A DNA stretch of 64,000 bases from Azolla caroliniana (taxonomy: Eukaryota > Plantae > Polypodiophyta). The notes beneath the pieces were generated by a model. That model saw only the letters and a list, made by a program, of their open reading frames with translations, was not told where the DNA came from and made no database searches. The position numbers and the translations under genes are program-made. The stretch spans positions 1,550,001 through 1,614,000 of the forward strand of contig JBHGNT010000009.1 of NCBI GenBank assembly GCA_043228905.1, read 5' to 3'. Shown here piece by piece: positions 27,736-43,075 of the stretch (positions are counted from its first letter, which is position 1; every line of letters starts with the position of its first letter).

Positions 27736-30017
27736 GATTGATGTTTTGTCACTAAGCACTTTCCCAAGGTCTCCCACTGCGCATCATTAATTAACTAAAT
27801 GATTGGGTATGTGTTAAGTATGCGTTGGCAGTCTGAGTGTCCAGTTGCCCTCGGTAACTAATCAACTAACGGAAGTACTGAAGCACAATCAAGGAGCACT
27901 TTCCTCTCTTATCCAGTCCTAGTTGATGCTCATTCACTCGTAGGAAGTATAATTGGCCATAGTGTTGTCCCTATAATTAGCCGCAGTATGCTACCTGAAA
28001 ATGAGAGTGGAGCTGTGGCTAGCGGAGAAGCAGATGCTTTGGGATCCACAAGCCTTACCGAAGTGTGCTTGCATGTTGATGCAGTGGAAGACACATGATC
28101 AGTCAAAGGATTTTGATTCGTAGCTTAAGGGACGTTGAAGGTGTGTATGTTACAGTGGGGAACAACCAGAGATGTTCAGCCAAGGGAAGTGGATCAATAA
28201 TGCAAAGACTCCATCGGGTGTATGAAGTGCTTGGTAGATTTAGTTTTGGTACCTCCCATCCATCGTAATCTATTGTTGATGTGTTGGTTGGTGGATGCTT
28301 ACTATGAGGTCGTCTTTCACAAATCAAGTGTGCTTGAGTAGACTGCACTAGTTTGAGCAAAGCTGTGGCATCAACACTTTGGGCACCTGAGTTTCCTGAT
28401 CTTGCCATCAAGGTTAACAACCTAATGTATTATAGGAACCTTAAAGAGGGTTCTAAGATTCTTCATGTGAAGCCATCGAGCTGTATTTGTATGAGCTTGC
28501 TTAGGAGCCCATGAGGTAGAGTTCCTGTTGTATCGTGCCTATTGAAGTTGTATTTTGAAACAAATACATTGAAGTCAAATTGTTTGTTGTAACTTGTCAG
28601 GTCTAGAGTGTAGAAAAAGGTATTTTACATGTGATAGAATTGATACTCTGCAAATAAACATAATCTCTTTTTCTCCATTGTTTCTCTGTATTCCGTAGCT
28701 GCTTTATTTAGTTTTGTGCAATAACCTACAAAATAATTCCTTTAAAAGTTCCTTTCATCTCTACTAGCATTTGAAACTACATTAACTTTGTGGAATTATG
28801 AATAAGCATGCGATATTTGTCGTTTGATCAGTTCATAGAATTTTTTTAATAATATGGGTAAAATATTCTTGTTTGTGATATATATCATCTCTTAGAAGCT
28901 GCTGAGGTTCTTTGCAAATCATTCCTTACAAGTCTACTTAATCTCATTAGTCTGGAAACTGTATTAACTTTGTTCAAAGATGTTACTTTGTTAGAATCTT
29001 GAAATTGGATCTATGCATGGGTAAAGTATTCTTGACAATACCACATTGCAGTCCTCTTCTAGTTGAGAGTTTCAAGAAGCATAGAAGCATAGAGTACATC
29101 CATAAAGTGAGTTTTGGGACCAGCATAATTCTCCCATCCCTAGTGTATTCAATTTCTGTTACTTATAACTTTGGCATTTGCAATTCATAAAATTGTTCTC
29201 CCTACACTGGATGATATATGTCATTGCAAAAAGTATATGCAGTATGATGTTTATGGTACCTTATGTTGTTTTTATGCATTGGCCATAAATGCAAAATTAT
29301 TAAGAAAGATAAATTAGAAATCATAATATCTGTTTTATTTATGAGTTTCTGGCAGGCCTTCCAATCTCCAGATACATTATCAAGCTGTGTGTCCTTCCTG
29401 AGACAACATGCTGTTGACACATCAGCTATAGCAGCGTGCTTGGTAGTTCCAAAAGAAATCATTGCTTTTCCACAGGTAATGATTTTCTCAATGCTATACA
29501 TAACTTATCAAGTATACCCTGAATACAATACATAACTTATCAAGATAAACCTCATTAATGCCCCCAAACATTCTTTGCTTCCTCAATAGCCGTTTGAAAA
29601 AGGGTATTTGAAATAAGTAAAGCTTAGGTATTTCCGAGTTGTTTCCTGTACTTTTTATTTAATAAGACAAATGCAGGTATGGAAAGGGCAAGGTTCAAGG
29701 AGATGGAGGCATAGCCAGTTGGATGGATATTTTATCCAGCTTGAGTTGTCTTCTTTCAGAAGATTATGGTTTATTCCTTGTGAAGTAGAAAAAGGCCAAC
29801 CTGTATGTAGGTATTATTCTACATTTTGCTTGCAGAATTACATATTTCAGAACAAATATTATCTGCTTGAAGTGGTTTGACCAATTATTATGGTTTTTAA
29901 AGCACATTATTTAGTGCAAACATATGTTTTTAACTTTCAACTCTTTGCAATTTATGTAGGAATGCGGAGCAGTTAGACACCGATGCGCATGCAGTTATGG
30001 CACCGCTTTTCAGATGA
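24330..30017 (+). CDS. Tetratricopeptide repeat protein (STI1-like N-terminal TPRs; resembles Arabidopsis TPR3), 8 exons, ~317 aa
   Basis: Exons 24330-24463, 25007-25100, 25318-25368, 25557-25736, 25825-26007, 29356-29475, 29677-29810, 29960-30017 total 954 nt. Sequence LKDQGNELFKSGNFLKAAALYTQAI..LYSNRSAAFL..WEKGYFRKG. Intron 26008-29355 is GC-AG. Confidence 0.93.
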
Positions 30018-31461
30018 CATTTTTCAGATGAAAAAGCTTCATCTCTCTAATATATATTCCTGGAAAGCTGATATATATTCATATACTTTTGTAACATATG
30101 AAAGATTTAAGTGAAAGAGATTGAGGGAGTAAGAATCATGGTTACCCCATGGTTGCCGTGTCCGGAACACCTTCAAAGATTATGGTATCAAAAACTGATG
30201 CTCCAAATATTTACATTCAATTTATAGTGGATTCATGTCTCTAGTCTTTGTATGTATGTGGGCTGACCAGTAACAGGATATTAGGGTTTAGAACAAGTAC
30301 TACCTACATATATTTAATGCAGATTTTAGTTAATAAGAGCATTCATTTTGACGTAAATTTTCTCTGCATTGAATTTCATGAAATGAGCACAATGCATGCA
30401 TGGATAATGACTGGCATCTGCACAATCTCCTATGGGGTCTTCTGGATATTTCTTCAGCTTCTCTTAAATATTAGGGTTGTTTTTTAAGGAAAAAAAGCAC
30501 AAGGTATCCTAACTTATTCAACGAGCATTCAGTAGTAGTATATCGTTTGAGAATCTTGAACTTCATAAATTTGTAGGGATTTATGAACACCATATATATT
30601 ACAAATTCCATTAGGTACTCTGATATATGAAATTCTATAGAAGCAATGTTTATCAAGGAGTTGGTGATTTGAAATTTGTATTATAAGAGGTGGAGTTAAT
30701 GTGGGCAAGCAAAGAAAATGCAACATATATAGGACACGTTCAAAACAATTAAAATTAATAAAGTTTTGAACATTGTAAAGAGTTAAAAATGATATCAAGT
30801 AGTGCACGTGAAATCATTGTAGGAGATTTTAATGATACTAGCTATGATTCACATTTGATCTATGCTAAAAGTAAACAACATTTTAATAAATACCCTTTTA
30901 TTCTACTCAATACCCTTATTTTATAAATGATGACAACCTTATTTCTTAAAAAACCCACAAGTGATGTACAAGTTTTTGCATGAATGAAATATACACAATC
31001 CATATGCAAAGAAGGGAAAGTGTGAATACAACAGACAATACCATGAGCTCTTCCCCTTTATCTACACTCCCACTATTCTTTTAAAGCATTTCTACTAGTA
31101 CATCTCATAAATTGAGCTGTTTCAAGAGTTTTTATATGCATAGTCTCTTGGCATTTTATAAAAGGAGACCCTTGCAAACATAATATCGTGCGAAGGAAAA
31201 AGCCCAATATTTTTTTGTTGGTAATTTCTTTCCCCTACAGTCGGTCTACAGCCCCCACCATTTTTCTGGCGAAGAGGCCATTTGAAAATATACTGAGAAA
31301 CTGCCATGTATATACGGTATTTATCCCTCAAATTTCAATAATTTATTATCTATTTGATATTATGGTTTCTACAAGTCGTACTATATGAAAATTCATCACC
31401 AAAGTTACAATATTGTTTTCTCAATGGATATTGAAAAGAAAAGAAAAACTACAGTTCAACA

Positions 31462-34400
31462 CTAAGGTGCATGTTTCCTCACTTTTTTTGCCTCAAGCTT
31501 TTCAGCAATCAGTAGCTCAATCAAGGATGCAGACAGACATAAGATAACTATCCCTGTTAACAGCAACCGTAATGGCAAATACCTGAATAAAACGAATAGT
31601 TTTTTCTTGTTAAAACACACATTACTAGCAAGTATTAGTTTATTGTAGACATCATTACCATGGAGGCAAAAATCCGTGGTTAGCAAAGATTACATCCACA
31701 ACAAAAGCCTGAAAACGCAAAGAAATAAGTTACATATAAGTACATCCACTAAATGATTGGGAACTATAAAACTGTGTTCTGTGTTTAATAAACATGTACA
31801 GCATCAGTAGTTATATATATAGAAGGTTCATTCTTAGCTATGTTTCAGAAGGATCTCATACATACACTCTTCTTTGGATATTTCTGGTTTGAAAACAGAT
31901 GTTGATAATCAGTTATAATCACTTTTTGTAGCTTTTCACCTCCTGTCGTGGTTTCCCACCAGTATTAATTATAATGTATTACAAAAACAACATGTGTACC
32001 TACATATCTATGTATCTTAAGTGTATGTATGCTTGTGTATGCTTAAGTGTATGAAAAACATACCACGCCAAATGAACAAATAAGTAACTGAAGTCTTGGA
32101 ACTGTAGACATTAACAACGCAGCCCAAGCCACCAATGATGGCACAACACTCCAGACATATCTGCCATATAGATTAGGGAACATGTTTATGATTTCCAAGA
32201 AAAACGAATTTTCATAGATAGTCATCATATGTTTGTCTTAAAACAAACTAGTAAAGTAGGCTTGTCCAGAGATAAGATGTGTGCATGACATTACATGTTT
32301 ACAATAATTTGTTTCAAAGTGTGATTAAAATAATCTTAGTCACTGTTTATCTGATAAGAAACTTTCATAAGCAGTATGCCTTGTCATGAATCTTTAAGTG
32401 GTCATCATTGCTTGTAAAGGTTTAATCGTATGCATAGTCAATGAAGGTATCAAGTTTCTCTAATCAATTGATTATTGAAAAGGCTATACAGAATCTAGAA
32501 ACGTCTGATGTGGGGGTATTTGAGTAATTTATTAGGTTATCTCTAACCATCTTACATGGTTGTGTGGTGCGACTTATGTTGATAGGCAGAGGCAGTTATA
32601 TGACCAAGGAGAATTATCATACCAGTTTTTGTTGCTATGAGTAAAATGCCATGACTTTTACAGTTAAAAGTGAACAGGCAATGGAAAATGGAATTTTGAT
32701 ATCTAACTTTTAACAGTCACCAGGCCACTGCATTCAACACAATAAGAGGAGTACAGCCAGTCTACTACTGCACTTGGCACAACAAGAACTCAATCTAATA
32801 CTGCACTTTGCCCTCATCCAGTCACAGTGCTTTGTTGGAAATATCAGATAAAGACCAGATCCACAGGGACACCCTGGCAATGCATGCTCTAATGCCTACA
32901 ATCAATTAGAATCTAACTTCACTAATCCTACCCAGCTCAGGGTTTTGACCATCACCTAAACAAGCTTTACATTTAGGAGCTTCACAACCACAATAATAAA
33001 AACTCAACGTGATACAGCACTTTTATGAGTATCTGATTATATTAATTTTAAATGAATTACCACAGGAGGCATAACAAGAGATGCATGACTCACCTCAGAG
33101 AGTTACTAGCATAATTGAAAATTTTGTGGTTCGGAGATGCTGTAGAAAAAATATAATATCTTACTTCAATACTCCAAAGTTTTAACTTAATGAATCAAAT
33201 ATGCAATTAATAAAATTTCAAATGTAGGATATAAATGACAAAAGACATTAAATATAGCTACACTTGTTCTATATATATTTTGCAGAACTTTCTCATACTT
33301 CCTGTAGACTTTTTCATGGCTGATAAAATTCAGTAGTGGCCTATCTACTTTTTCATTACGTTATGAATGACGGCATATTAATCTTTACCTATTATTGGTA
33401 TTGATGACGAGAGGAAAATTATAGTTCATAATAGTATCTCATGAACACTATGCATGCTCTCATTGCTGAAATCTCGATATACATTATCTGGGTCATAGAA
33501 ATTCAGTATAGTGGTTCATGTACTTAAACATTACTTTATGAATGATGATATATGTATATTCACCTACTCTTGTTTCAGATACAAGAGAGAAACCCTTCTA
33601 CAACAAGAGAATTTGTTGCCCACGAGGATAAAGGGGAGGTATATCCCACAATGACATTAAAAAATTGCATTACCTACATCAAGAATTCCTTGGGTCTCAG
33701 CAGGATACCAAAAACTTCTCTGTGGGATGGGCCACTTGCCATATCCACTGCTGAACAAACAATTTTATATTTGAATCATTCCTTGTACTCCTTTCATCGT
33801 TCTATCAGTAAAAGTAGGAGCCAAATCTTCATCTACTGTTAGACATGACTAAAGATATCAATTATGGTTGGTAAAAATCCTCGTCCCTCAATACAAGCCC
33901 CCATGATTGGCTATTAAGTATTAGGCTCGTAGATTAGTATTCATCAAGAAGGCTCATAAATTAGTATTCATCAAGAAAGCAACCAACTCCTGAACTATGA
34001 CAAATGATGGATCCCAGCACCTATCATTGAGCCAACAAGACCTTTTGTGAATCCCTTTCTTTTCTTTTCCTGTACTATTTTTTCTCCTTCTGTACCTAAT
34101 AGGAAGGTTGTTGGTCAGATTTTATTTTATCTGCCTGACATATATATCACAATGTTGTATTTTGGACTACTTTTTATCTTTTCTATTTTTATCTCTGAAG
34201 AGGTGATTCAATGTAATGTTGCAAAATACAAAACAAAACATCACATCCTGTTTTTCATGTCATCTCAGAACTTTGAGAAACCTACATTCACCTAACTCTC
34301 ACACTCATTAGTATCACTCACATACAGTGTACATACACAAATATTATCCAACATAAAAATAATCCCAAATATTCTTATGCATTCATTCTAAGAAAATTTT

Positions 34401-37400
34401 TGCTACCATTCCTATGATGCACCCAATGCAATAAAAATTGCAAATAAAAGAAAAGAACAAACACATCAAAGAATGCAAGTTAGTTATCAGGCCAACAGTA
34501 GATTTCCCTCCCACATTGTAACAGCCTACAGATATTGTGAAGCAACAATGAAGGAACAGCCTTACATTATTAGAAAAGATAGAGATTGCAAAAGCTAAAA
34601 GAGAGTGCAATATGAGTCACCTCGCCTATCATCAGGACTGAAAACCATATTTTGTGGTGTCTTGAGTCACCTACCTCTCCGAATCACCCACCCCGATGCA
34701 TGAGATTATGCACCCAATCTTAACTGTGGATGGATGCTGTTGTGTACCATCCAAATAGTGCATGTATACCTGTTAAAATAGCATCATAAAAGTCCCCTAT
34801 TTATCATGCATGTCATCCCTTGTCTTTCTTCTCTGTGCATTAGACAAATAGGTTCTTTTTCGTATACTATTTTATACATAGAGATTGAATCATTCAGACT
34901 CCAGTACACCTGAATATCCCCCCTCTTTCCATTGAACATTCCCAGAATTATCTCAGGAAGGAATAGATGTAAGTGATTTGTTCAACTAGCTCTTTCCTGC
35001 ACACATGCACAGTTGTTTGGTTTTTTTCCAGATCTAGAGAGCATACTTCAGATAATAAACTACATGGTAAAAAGGACTATTGATTCTTTGAAAGAATCAG
35101 GTGTTCCTTGCATTACACACAGGCATGCTCTCGTAAACTCTATAAAGACTTCATGTAATTTGGCATAGATTAGACTATTGCTGATAGAGGTGAAAAGTTA
35201 ACAAATCATTAAGCTACCTATAGCACAAAAGAACCTTAAGTATATTTCACATTGCACAGTGTTTTTTTGTTTAATTTACAAGGATCATTGTGTATTTTTT
35301 AAGGAGTGACAATCTATAATAAAGAAGGGGGTGTATGTATCGTATGTACGTATATATAAGATTTCTTTTATAAACTTTCCTACACCTGTCCCTAAACCAC
35401 TCTCATTCAAATAGAAATCTTCTTTAAGAAAAGAAACAAGTCAGCTTGAAGTTTTATTAAGAAACCTTAACATGTAATTTCTACTTATGAAGGTTTTTGT
35501 CATGTGTGACTGAAACTCCACATAAATATTACTTTCATTGTGCTGCTTAACTACTTGATAAGGACTTACTACTCATAAATTAATTAATATAATGTGCAAG
35601 CCGTTTACATACAGTACAGTGTGACCTAGCAAGGATACCGTGTATCACATTCATCTTATCTACATTTTCTTAATATCCTTTTCTAGTTGCATATGATTTA
35701 TTATTTATGAATACAACTCATATGCAAGTTGGTAGTATAGCTACCTACAAACTTGGAGAACAAGTGTTCAAATTCTTTTGCCTTGTTCTTGTTTCTTCGA
35801 TGGTGCTTTCATCCATATTCATTATATAAAATGTGTTAAATCCTATAAGGGTATATATGTGCAATGTATAAACAGATATTTCCACAAACCATAAATTAAT
35901 CATATTCAAAATCAGTTTTACTATCACGCTCAGTATATAAAATTCATTGCATATGTTTGCCACTGGTGATTCCCAAAAGAGAAGGCCATATAATTCCATG
36001 AATTTCTTGAAGTACATATGTGGGGTGGAAGTTTGAACCAATGAAGTGATTTTCTTCATTATTAAGTGGTTATGACCATATAGCTTTAAGCATTGTAGAG
36101 GGCTCTAATGCAAGTGTACCCTTTGACCTCAACAATGCGGGCATGAAACTACCTAATGTTGGAAGCTTCGCAATCAATTGAATATTTTTACAGGGGTGCT
36201 GGTAATCTTCAACAAATCAAACAAGTTACAGATAACTAAAGATTCAAATAAATAACGATGCAATAAAATGACGTACCATTAACACCAGCCATTGCGAGCC
36301 CCCAATGTGGACTGCCCAAGAATGAGAGAATTGCTGCTCCATAAAGTGATTGTGCTTCTATAGGGTTTACAGCTAAGACCTCCTGAAGATTTCCTTCACA
36401 TAGAAGAAGGAATCTCAAGCAGTGAGAATATGTTAACCATAAATAATGAATCACATATAAGTACATGTGTGTGTGTGTGTATGTGTGTACATAAAGACTA
36501 ATATATAGAAAATAAAAATGGTGGTTATGGATTCCTATTCATTCATACAAAGTCCTGGTCTGTTGTATAACAGTGTCTAATCAGAAGAAATATTGGCTTC
36601 TTCACTTGATCCCAATACATATGATTTTTACATGGAAGAATGTAAGAATATACAACATCCATCATTCAGGTTAGTATGTACAGAATAAAGCACAATTAAC
36701 ATACCAACAAAGAAATACAGAAGAAGTTATAATTTAATAACACTGTCTAATTGCAAGAAATATTGGCTTCTTCACTTAATCCCAATACATATCACCTTTA
36801 CATGGAATAATGTGTGAACTTACAGACAAAAGAATATACATACATACATAATTCAAGCTAGATGTACAGAATAAAGCACAATTAACAAACCAACAAATAA
36901 ATAAAGAATATTATTACAAATTCCTAGACAAACATCATCATTAAGCACACCGGTTAATCGATATTTACTATTGGGATCAAGCAAAGAAACAAAATTTCTA
37001 TGAAGTCAATATGGCTTTGTATTCAACAAGATGTTTCGACTAAATAATGTACATTTGTTTAATGTTCTTGTTCACATGTTTCTGTTCTTTGTTCACAACA
37101 TATTAATCATGCATGCATTTACATTACATGTGCACTATTTAATTCGTGGTTTTCCTATATATTTACATATTTCTTTATAAGGTCATAGGTATTTGGATAA
37201 GGCAGCAAAGCAGAATTGCCACATGCTTAAAATGTCTTGGAATACAATATCAGTTTGCAGAAAAAGGAAGTTATATAAAACTCACAGGCAAAGGAAGAAA
37301 ATATGGGATCGGTGGTGTGAGCACTAAGAACGGCACTGCTCCTGCTATACCAAGTACCATAGGCAATGCTGGTGCAGTAGCAACGCTGGACATGAAGATT

Positions 37401-39306
37401 TGAAATGAGCTGGTCTTTAGACCATCTTTCTTCACGGCTTCAGTTTCAGACGGTTCTTTCCCCTATGAGAGAGGAAGTAAAAAGAAAAGCATAAGAGAAC
37501 ATTTTGCAAAGACAAGATCCAGAGTTCAAAACATGAACGACAAAAGAATCAATGAAGATGTAACTTCAAGTCCAAATCATGAATATACTTCTCTGCAAGC
37601 ACATACCTAGAGTCCAAAACATGAAATAAACATTTCTCAAAAAGGAGGCCAAGAGCTCAATATATGAGTTTAATGTCTGTGTAAAAAGCATATATCTATT
37701 ATTGAGATTCCAATACATGAATAGACCATTTCTGGAAACACAAATATATATTATCTAGAGTACAAAACATGGATGAAGCCTTTCTAAAAGCACATATGTT
37801 TAATCCAAGAAATCGGTAAAACGTTTGTAAAACAGAGATTTGGAGTCTAAAACATCAATAAAAAAAATTCTGAAAGTAAAAATCTGGAAGAACGGAACAT
37901 TTCTGAAAGCCTACATCTAGCGTAGGGTTCAAATCATAAATGAAACTTTTCTCAAAGCACATATCTACAGTTCAAAACCTGACTGCAACGTTTCTGAAAA
38001 GATAATTCTGGAGTCCAGAAAAATTTCATGAAACATTTATATGAAAGAGTTAATATGATATGAATCTAACATTTCTGATGAACATTTTTGAACGCACATG
38101 TCTACAGTTCAAAACATGGAAGAAACGGTTTCGAATTCATATATCTAGAGTCCAAAACATGAATCAGACGCTTATGAATGCATGTACAATACATGTGAAA
38201 TAATTTGAAAGAGCATATGTAGAGTCAAGAATGTGAATGAAATATTTCTGGAAGTCTAGAATTCAACAAACAAATAGAACAGTTCTGAAATTTCACATCT
38301 ACAGTCCAAATCATGAATGAAACATTGTTGCACCCACGTACCCAGGGACAATAACGCAGTCTCATAAATAAAATGAAAGAATGATGATTTACCTCTGGTG
38401 CTGCAGAAGTTGCAAAAGCACGCTGTGAAGTTATGCCTGTAAAGAAAAACTGAAGACAAATAAATGAATTTAGATTACCAAAATGATGGAATTGAAATGG
38501 AACTACAACAGTGTGCTTGCTTGTGTGGGGAAACTGTGGTGAAATGAATGAACTTGATCCAGAGAAGTACAGAATTGGAGGAGATTAACAGGCAGATAAA
38601 CACTTCAGATATATTTCTTCCGGCGATGAAAAATATTACCCGCATACCAAGCTCAATTGCATGCATGCATACATACATACATACCTTGGTTGCAAAGAAG
38701 AAAAAACTTTGCATAAACACCTTGACTGTGGTGAAGAAAAAGATTTACATGCATAGCAAGCTCGGTTGATTGTGGAAACATACATACTTTGGTTTCTATA
38801 TGTAATTTTTCTCGTGGAGAAAAATAAAAACTTTACATACCTACGTGCATTGGTGATGACAAACAAAGAAAACACTTTCGAATCTGTGATAAAGAAAAGA
38901 TTTGTACGTACATACATATTTCTCTCGTGTAAAAGGAAAAAGCTTACAGAAAACCTCTCTACCTTGCTTTGTAGCGGAGACAAAGATTCACCGGAAGATG
39001 AATATTCAATAGAGTACCTTGCTATGTGGAAGAGAAAATGATCTACAGAAGAACGGAGAATAAACTTGCTTTGGCATGGAGACAAGTATTAACAAAAGAG
39101 AAACAGAATACCTTGTGGTGCGATCTGAGGAAGGAAAAGACAGGAGGATTGTTCGAGGGAGGGGATATGCAGAAGGAAGGACCGAGAGGTGTGAGGGGAG
39201 ATGGTTGAGGAAACGGTGGAGAAAGGGATGGGGAAGGAGAAGGAGGATGAAGCAGAGATCGAAGGCGAGGTGAACGTCGCGCGACAGCAAGAAGCTTGGA
39301 AGCCAT
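31462..39306 (-). CDS. DUF3429 / TMEM69-like membrane protein with organellar-targeting-like N-terminus, 10 exons, ~322 aa
   Basis: Exons 39306-39112, 39021-38963, 38552-38479, 38436-38393, 37462-37286, 36382-36277, 33139-33094, 32160-32064, 31708-31659, 31582-31462 total 969 nt in frame. Motifs LGIAGAVPF, YGAAILSFLGSPHWG, WSVVPSLVAW and LPPWYLPLRLLLT. Exons 2-3 are less certain. Confidence 0.8.
37518..38330. repeat. Degenerate ~43-bp minisatellite filling an intron
   Basis: Approximate consensus ACATATCTAGAGTCCAAAACATGAATGAAACATTTCTGAAAGC recurs roughly 15-18 times within intron 37463-38392. Confidence 0.75.
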
Positions 39307-42300
39307 GGATGAATCGAGGAGCAAACAGACAGACAGACAGAGAGAATGAGAGGGAATGAATGGAAATTGGAATGACCAGATCGAAACAAAGCTCAGAGAA
39401 GTTTTACATTGATTCTTTCTATTACATCATACATATTGAGATGTATATATTATGTATTGATTCATTTTATTCATTTTATTCAATTGTCATCTTTGTATAA
39501 AGTTAATATGTATAGGAAGGCAATCTATTGACATAAATCAAATAGAAATCATAGATAATTTTTGATTCATTGATTTGTTAGACATGTATTTATTCAATTG
39601 ACGGCAATCTATTGACATAAATAAAATAGAAATCGTAGATAACTTTTGATTCATTGATTTGTTAGACATGTATGTATTGATTTATTCAATTATCATCCTT
39701 TTAGTAGGTCCAATATGTATGTAATCAGCACAATTGTCCGAAAAAGCCCTTTATTTTACATGGCTCTAGTTATGATGTAAGCCCCTTTGAACAGCCAACA
39801 ATTGGGTACAATAGTATTTAGCTTGTATGCACCCTAATTAATTGTCAGCTCTCTCATAGTCGTGTACCTACATGAAGACAAAAGAATTAACCTTCCTAAA
39901 TGGAATGGTTGTGTAGCTACATGTTCTAATTCGTCCTTGATAACATTCTCAAAGTTGTGTAGCTACACGTGAAGACAAAAGTTAAGATTCCTAAATGGAA
40001 TGGTTGTATGTTTAATATTTCATATGCCTGATAATGAAGATCGGATTATTAATTGCAATATTTTTCTTCTTGGTCTAAGCCCCTCCAACTATCTTCGTAG
40101 TCACCATCATTCGATGGTGTAAAGAATCAAAATGATGGAGATGTGTGAACTTATTCTTGCTCCATCCTTGTTTGCCTTCCTCTTTAGTAGCACCATTATC
40201 AATGGCTTTACGAATGATGATAAATAATATCAACTTCAGCGAATGTAAGAGCAAATACAAGTTCACAATGAACATGATAAAAGGAGACACGTCGTGGATG
40301 AATTAGGAGTGGAGAGTGAGTCGGTGAACCGACAACGTTAAAACATGGACACCTCCAAATGTCTCAAAAATAGGAAATGGTTGGGTGGCCAAACATATCT
40401 TTCATTTTAGTTATCCTACATTCAAAAAGAAGGTTACTCCAAAACTATAAAAAATATAAACATTGATAGCTTGTGATTCCATTGGGATGGAGCAAATATT
40501 CTTTTGCGAGGTAATAAATAATACTATGTACTCATCCCGTCACAAATGCCCTAACCGTAATTGTTTTGAATTGGGCTTCTTTCAATAGTTAGAGCTTCAA
40601 ACTATACAAATCCTAGTAACAAACTACTCAAAGCAATCCCCAGTTATCTTAAGGATTAGTTCATTTTCAAAACATGCAATTGGATTAGGGTGGGCCTTGC
40701 AAAGCAAATGGTCTTTGTAGATGGGTGGTTGGTTTCCAATATAGCATGGTAGAAGGGTGGGTGGCTATATTTTAGTTAACGAGGTAAGTGCTTGTTCATC
40801 CTACAAGGGTGGTATTCGTAATGCTCAAATAATTAGGAAATGAATATGATTTATCCATGGCCTCTTACACGACATAAGAAGAAACCACAAGTTGATTTTG
40901 CATTGTGCGCATGTTAGTGCAATTACACATTGGAATCCATAGAGGTAGCAAAAGGGATTTGGTGAGCACCACCTATGCTTCCATAAGAACAATTGCCTAG
41001 TGGATAAGTTATTTTTCATCAAAATATCAAGGTTATAGCCATAGATTGACACATGCGTGATATTATCCATGCGCAATATTCTCAATATTCGAGAATACAA
41101 AATGGCCCCAAGAATATTAAAAAACCATTCGTTTGGTAAAATAAATATAAAAAATTAATTAATTATTAAAATAAATGTATTTCACCAAAAAAAAACAATT
41201 ATTCATTAGTAGATTATAGTGTCAAGAGAGTTTATGAAACTTATTTTAATTAATTAATTTTTTTAAAACGAATATTTTTATATTTATTATACAAATATGA
41301 TTACTATTAGTATGAACTTTGAAGATATGATTAGTTTGGAGTACCATTTTTAATGTCAAGATAAAAATATCCATAAATTTTGAGGAAATAAAAAGTGAGA
41401 AATTAATGAGCCTTTAGTTTATTTTATTTATTTATTAAAAATAAAACGACTATACATTTATTATAAAATTTTAGTAGTGTCAATTCCCCAAAGTCCCTCT
41501 CTTTTATTATCCCCCTATTTATTGTTAAGTTCTTTTTTTTTTTATCTTAGGAAATTTTTTTAAAAAAAGTTTTTTTTTTGGGGGGGGGGGGGGTGTTAAA
41601 CGAATACTTGACTACCCATTCGTATTCTTATTCGGTTGCATTCGAATGGGAAACCCCACGAATGCGAATATGTCAATCTATGGTTATAGCCTTAGGGATA
41701 ACAAGCTTGAGGACAATATATTGTATGAATTTATGTACCATTATCATAAAGTCTTCGAGTTGTCAATGCACAAGAATAGAATTTATGTTGTATTTTCCAA
41801 ATACTAATTGAAGCAATGTCAAAGTCAAAACTATGTGGCCTACTGTCATAAGGTTGGAGTCTGAATTCATTATAGTTGTTAGAGTTTGCCAAGTTGGTCG
41901 AGAGTTTGTCTGAGTTGTCCACATTTATGTCGTGAGTCATGACTCGTCTTTCAACAATTTTATTTGCTTGTAGAGTGTAGGTTGCCAAGGAAGTAAAGCC
42001 CCTAATTCCTTCATTTACATAAACTACATCTCCAAGTGGAGAAAGTTTTTTGAGACCATGACATCTCTTGCGAGTTTACCTAAGCTCATGTGAGTTGGCG
42101 AGTATGTTATAATATTGTAGACACTATATATTTTGCCTAACTAATATTGGCTATTCACCATGTTTAGGTTTCACATGTAGCACACGAATATGTAGTTAGG
42201 TATATGAATGTAATAAAAACAATGAGGATAAGATCGTTGATTTTGAATGTGTCTGTTATATTGTCTACATTTTCTCTATCCCTAATGTGTTCTTTGTGAA

Positions 42301-43075
42301 ATCCCCTCTATGTCCTCCTCTCCTCTATTCCCATTTTCAATTAAATAAAGTACAATGAGACCATGATATATGTATGGTTAATAAAGGAACCATGACAAGC
42401 ATCACATCGTGAACAAAGAATAAGGTTATTATGGACAAGATTGCCTCCATTTAGTGATCAAGCAAATGCTAATTTTTGAATCTAAAACCATCAGTCGGAA
42501 TTGCAGTATCATACAAGCTAGTAATCAAATACTTAAATTGATACAATATATTTAAGATCAACAACAAAAAAGTGAACAAAACACCATAATCTTTACCACG
42601 GAAAATGCTCTAGGAGGGATAAAAACTCAATGGACTAACGAGTGATAGCAGTGATTTGCTCAAGGTGTCAAGTTTGGTTGCTACACAATAAGGCATTGAT
42701 GAAGGAAAGAAAGTGGGCTATACATACTAACAAGATTGTTGCAAGATTTTCTTAACTTTGGGTGTCCTCTTCATGGGACCAAATCTTGCAATTGGTGCTT
42801 GTTCTCATACATTCAAGTAAATGACATCTAAGATTCCATCTCTTAATGACATAGTTAAGAAGGGTGCAAAAAGCATAGATAAAGAGAATAAACACAATGA
42901 AATAGTGTAAAATGTAGTGCAATGATGCATCAATCATATTGTCAATTAACACAAGAAGATTGTCTAGTGTTAATATTCTCCGTTGAACAATTTCCTTGTA
43001 AGGATAAAGATGAAGAGGTTTGGCGTGATGTGATGGTGAATAAAAAGAAGTTTAGTGTTGAGTGAATGCTTATAT

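Noticed and set aside
39520-40010. 83-bp and ~97-bp local duplications upstream of the DUF3429 gene
   Set aside because: Real but ordinary AT-rich duplications with no further signal.
41731-42060. Integrase-like fragment TYTLQANKIVERR on the minus strand
   Set aside because: A single weak motif with no boundaries or other domains.
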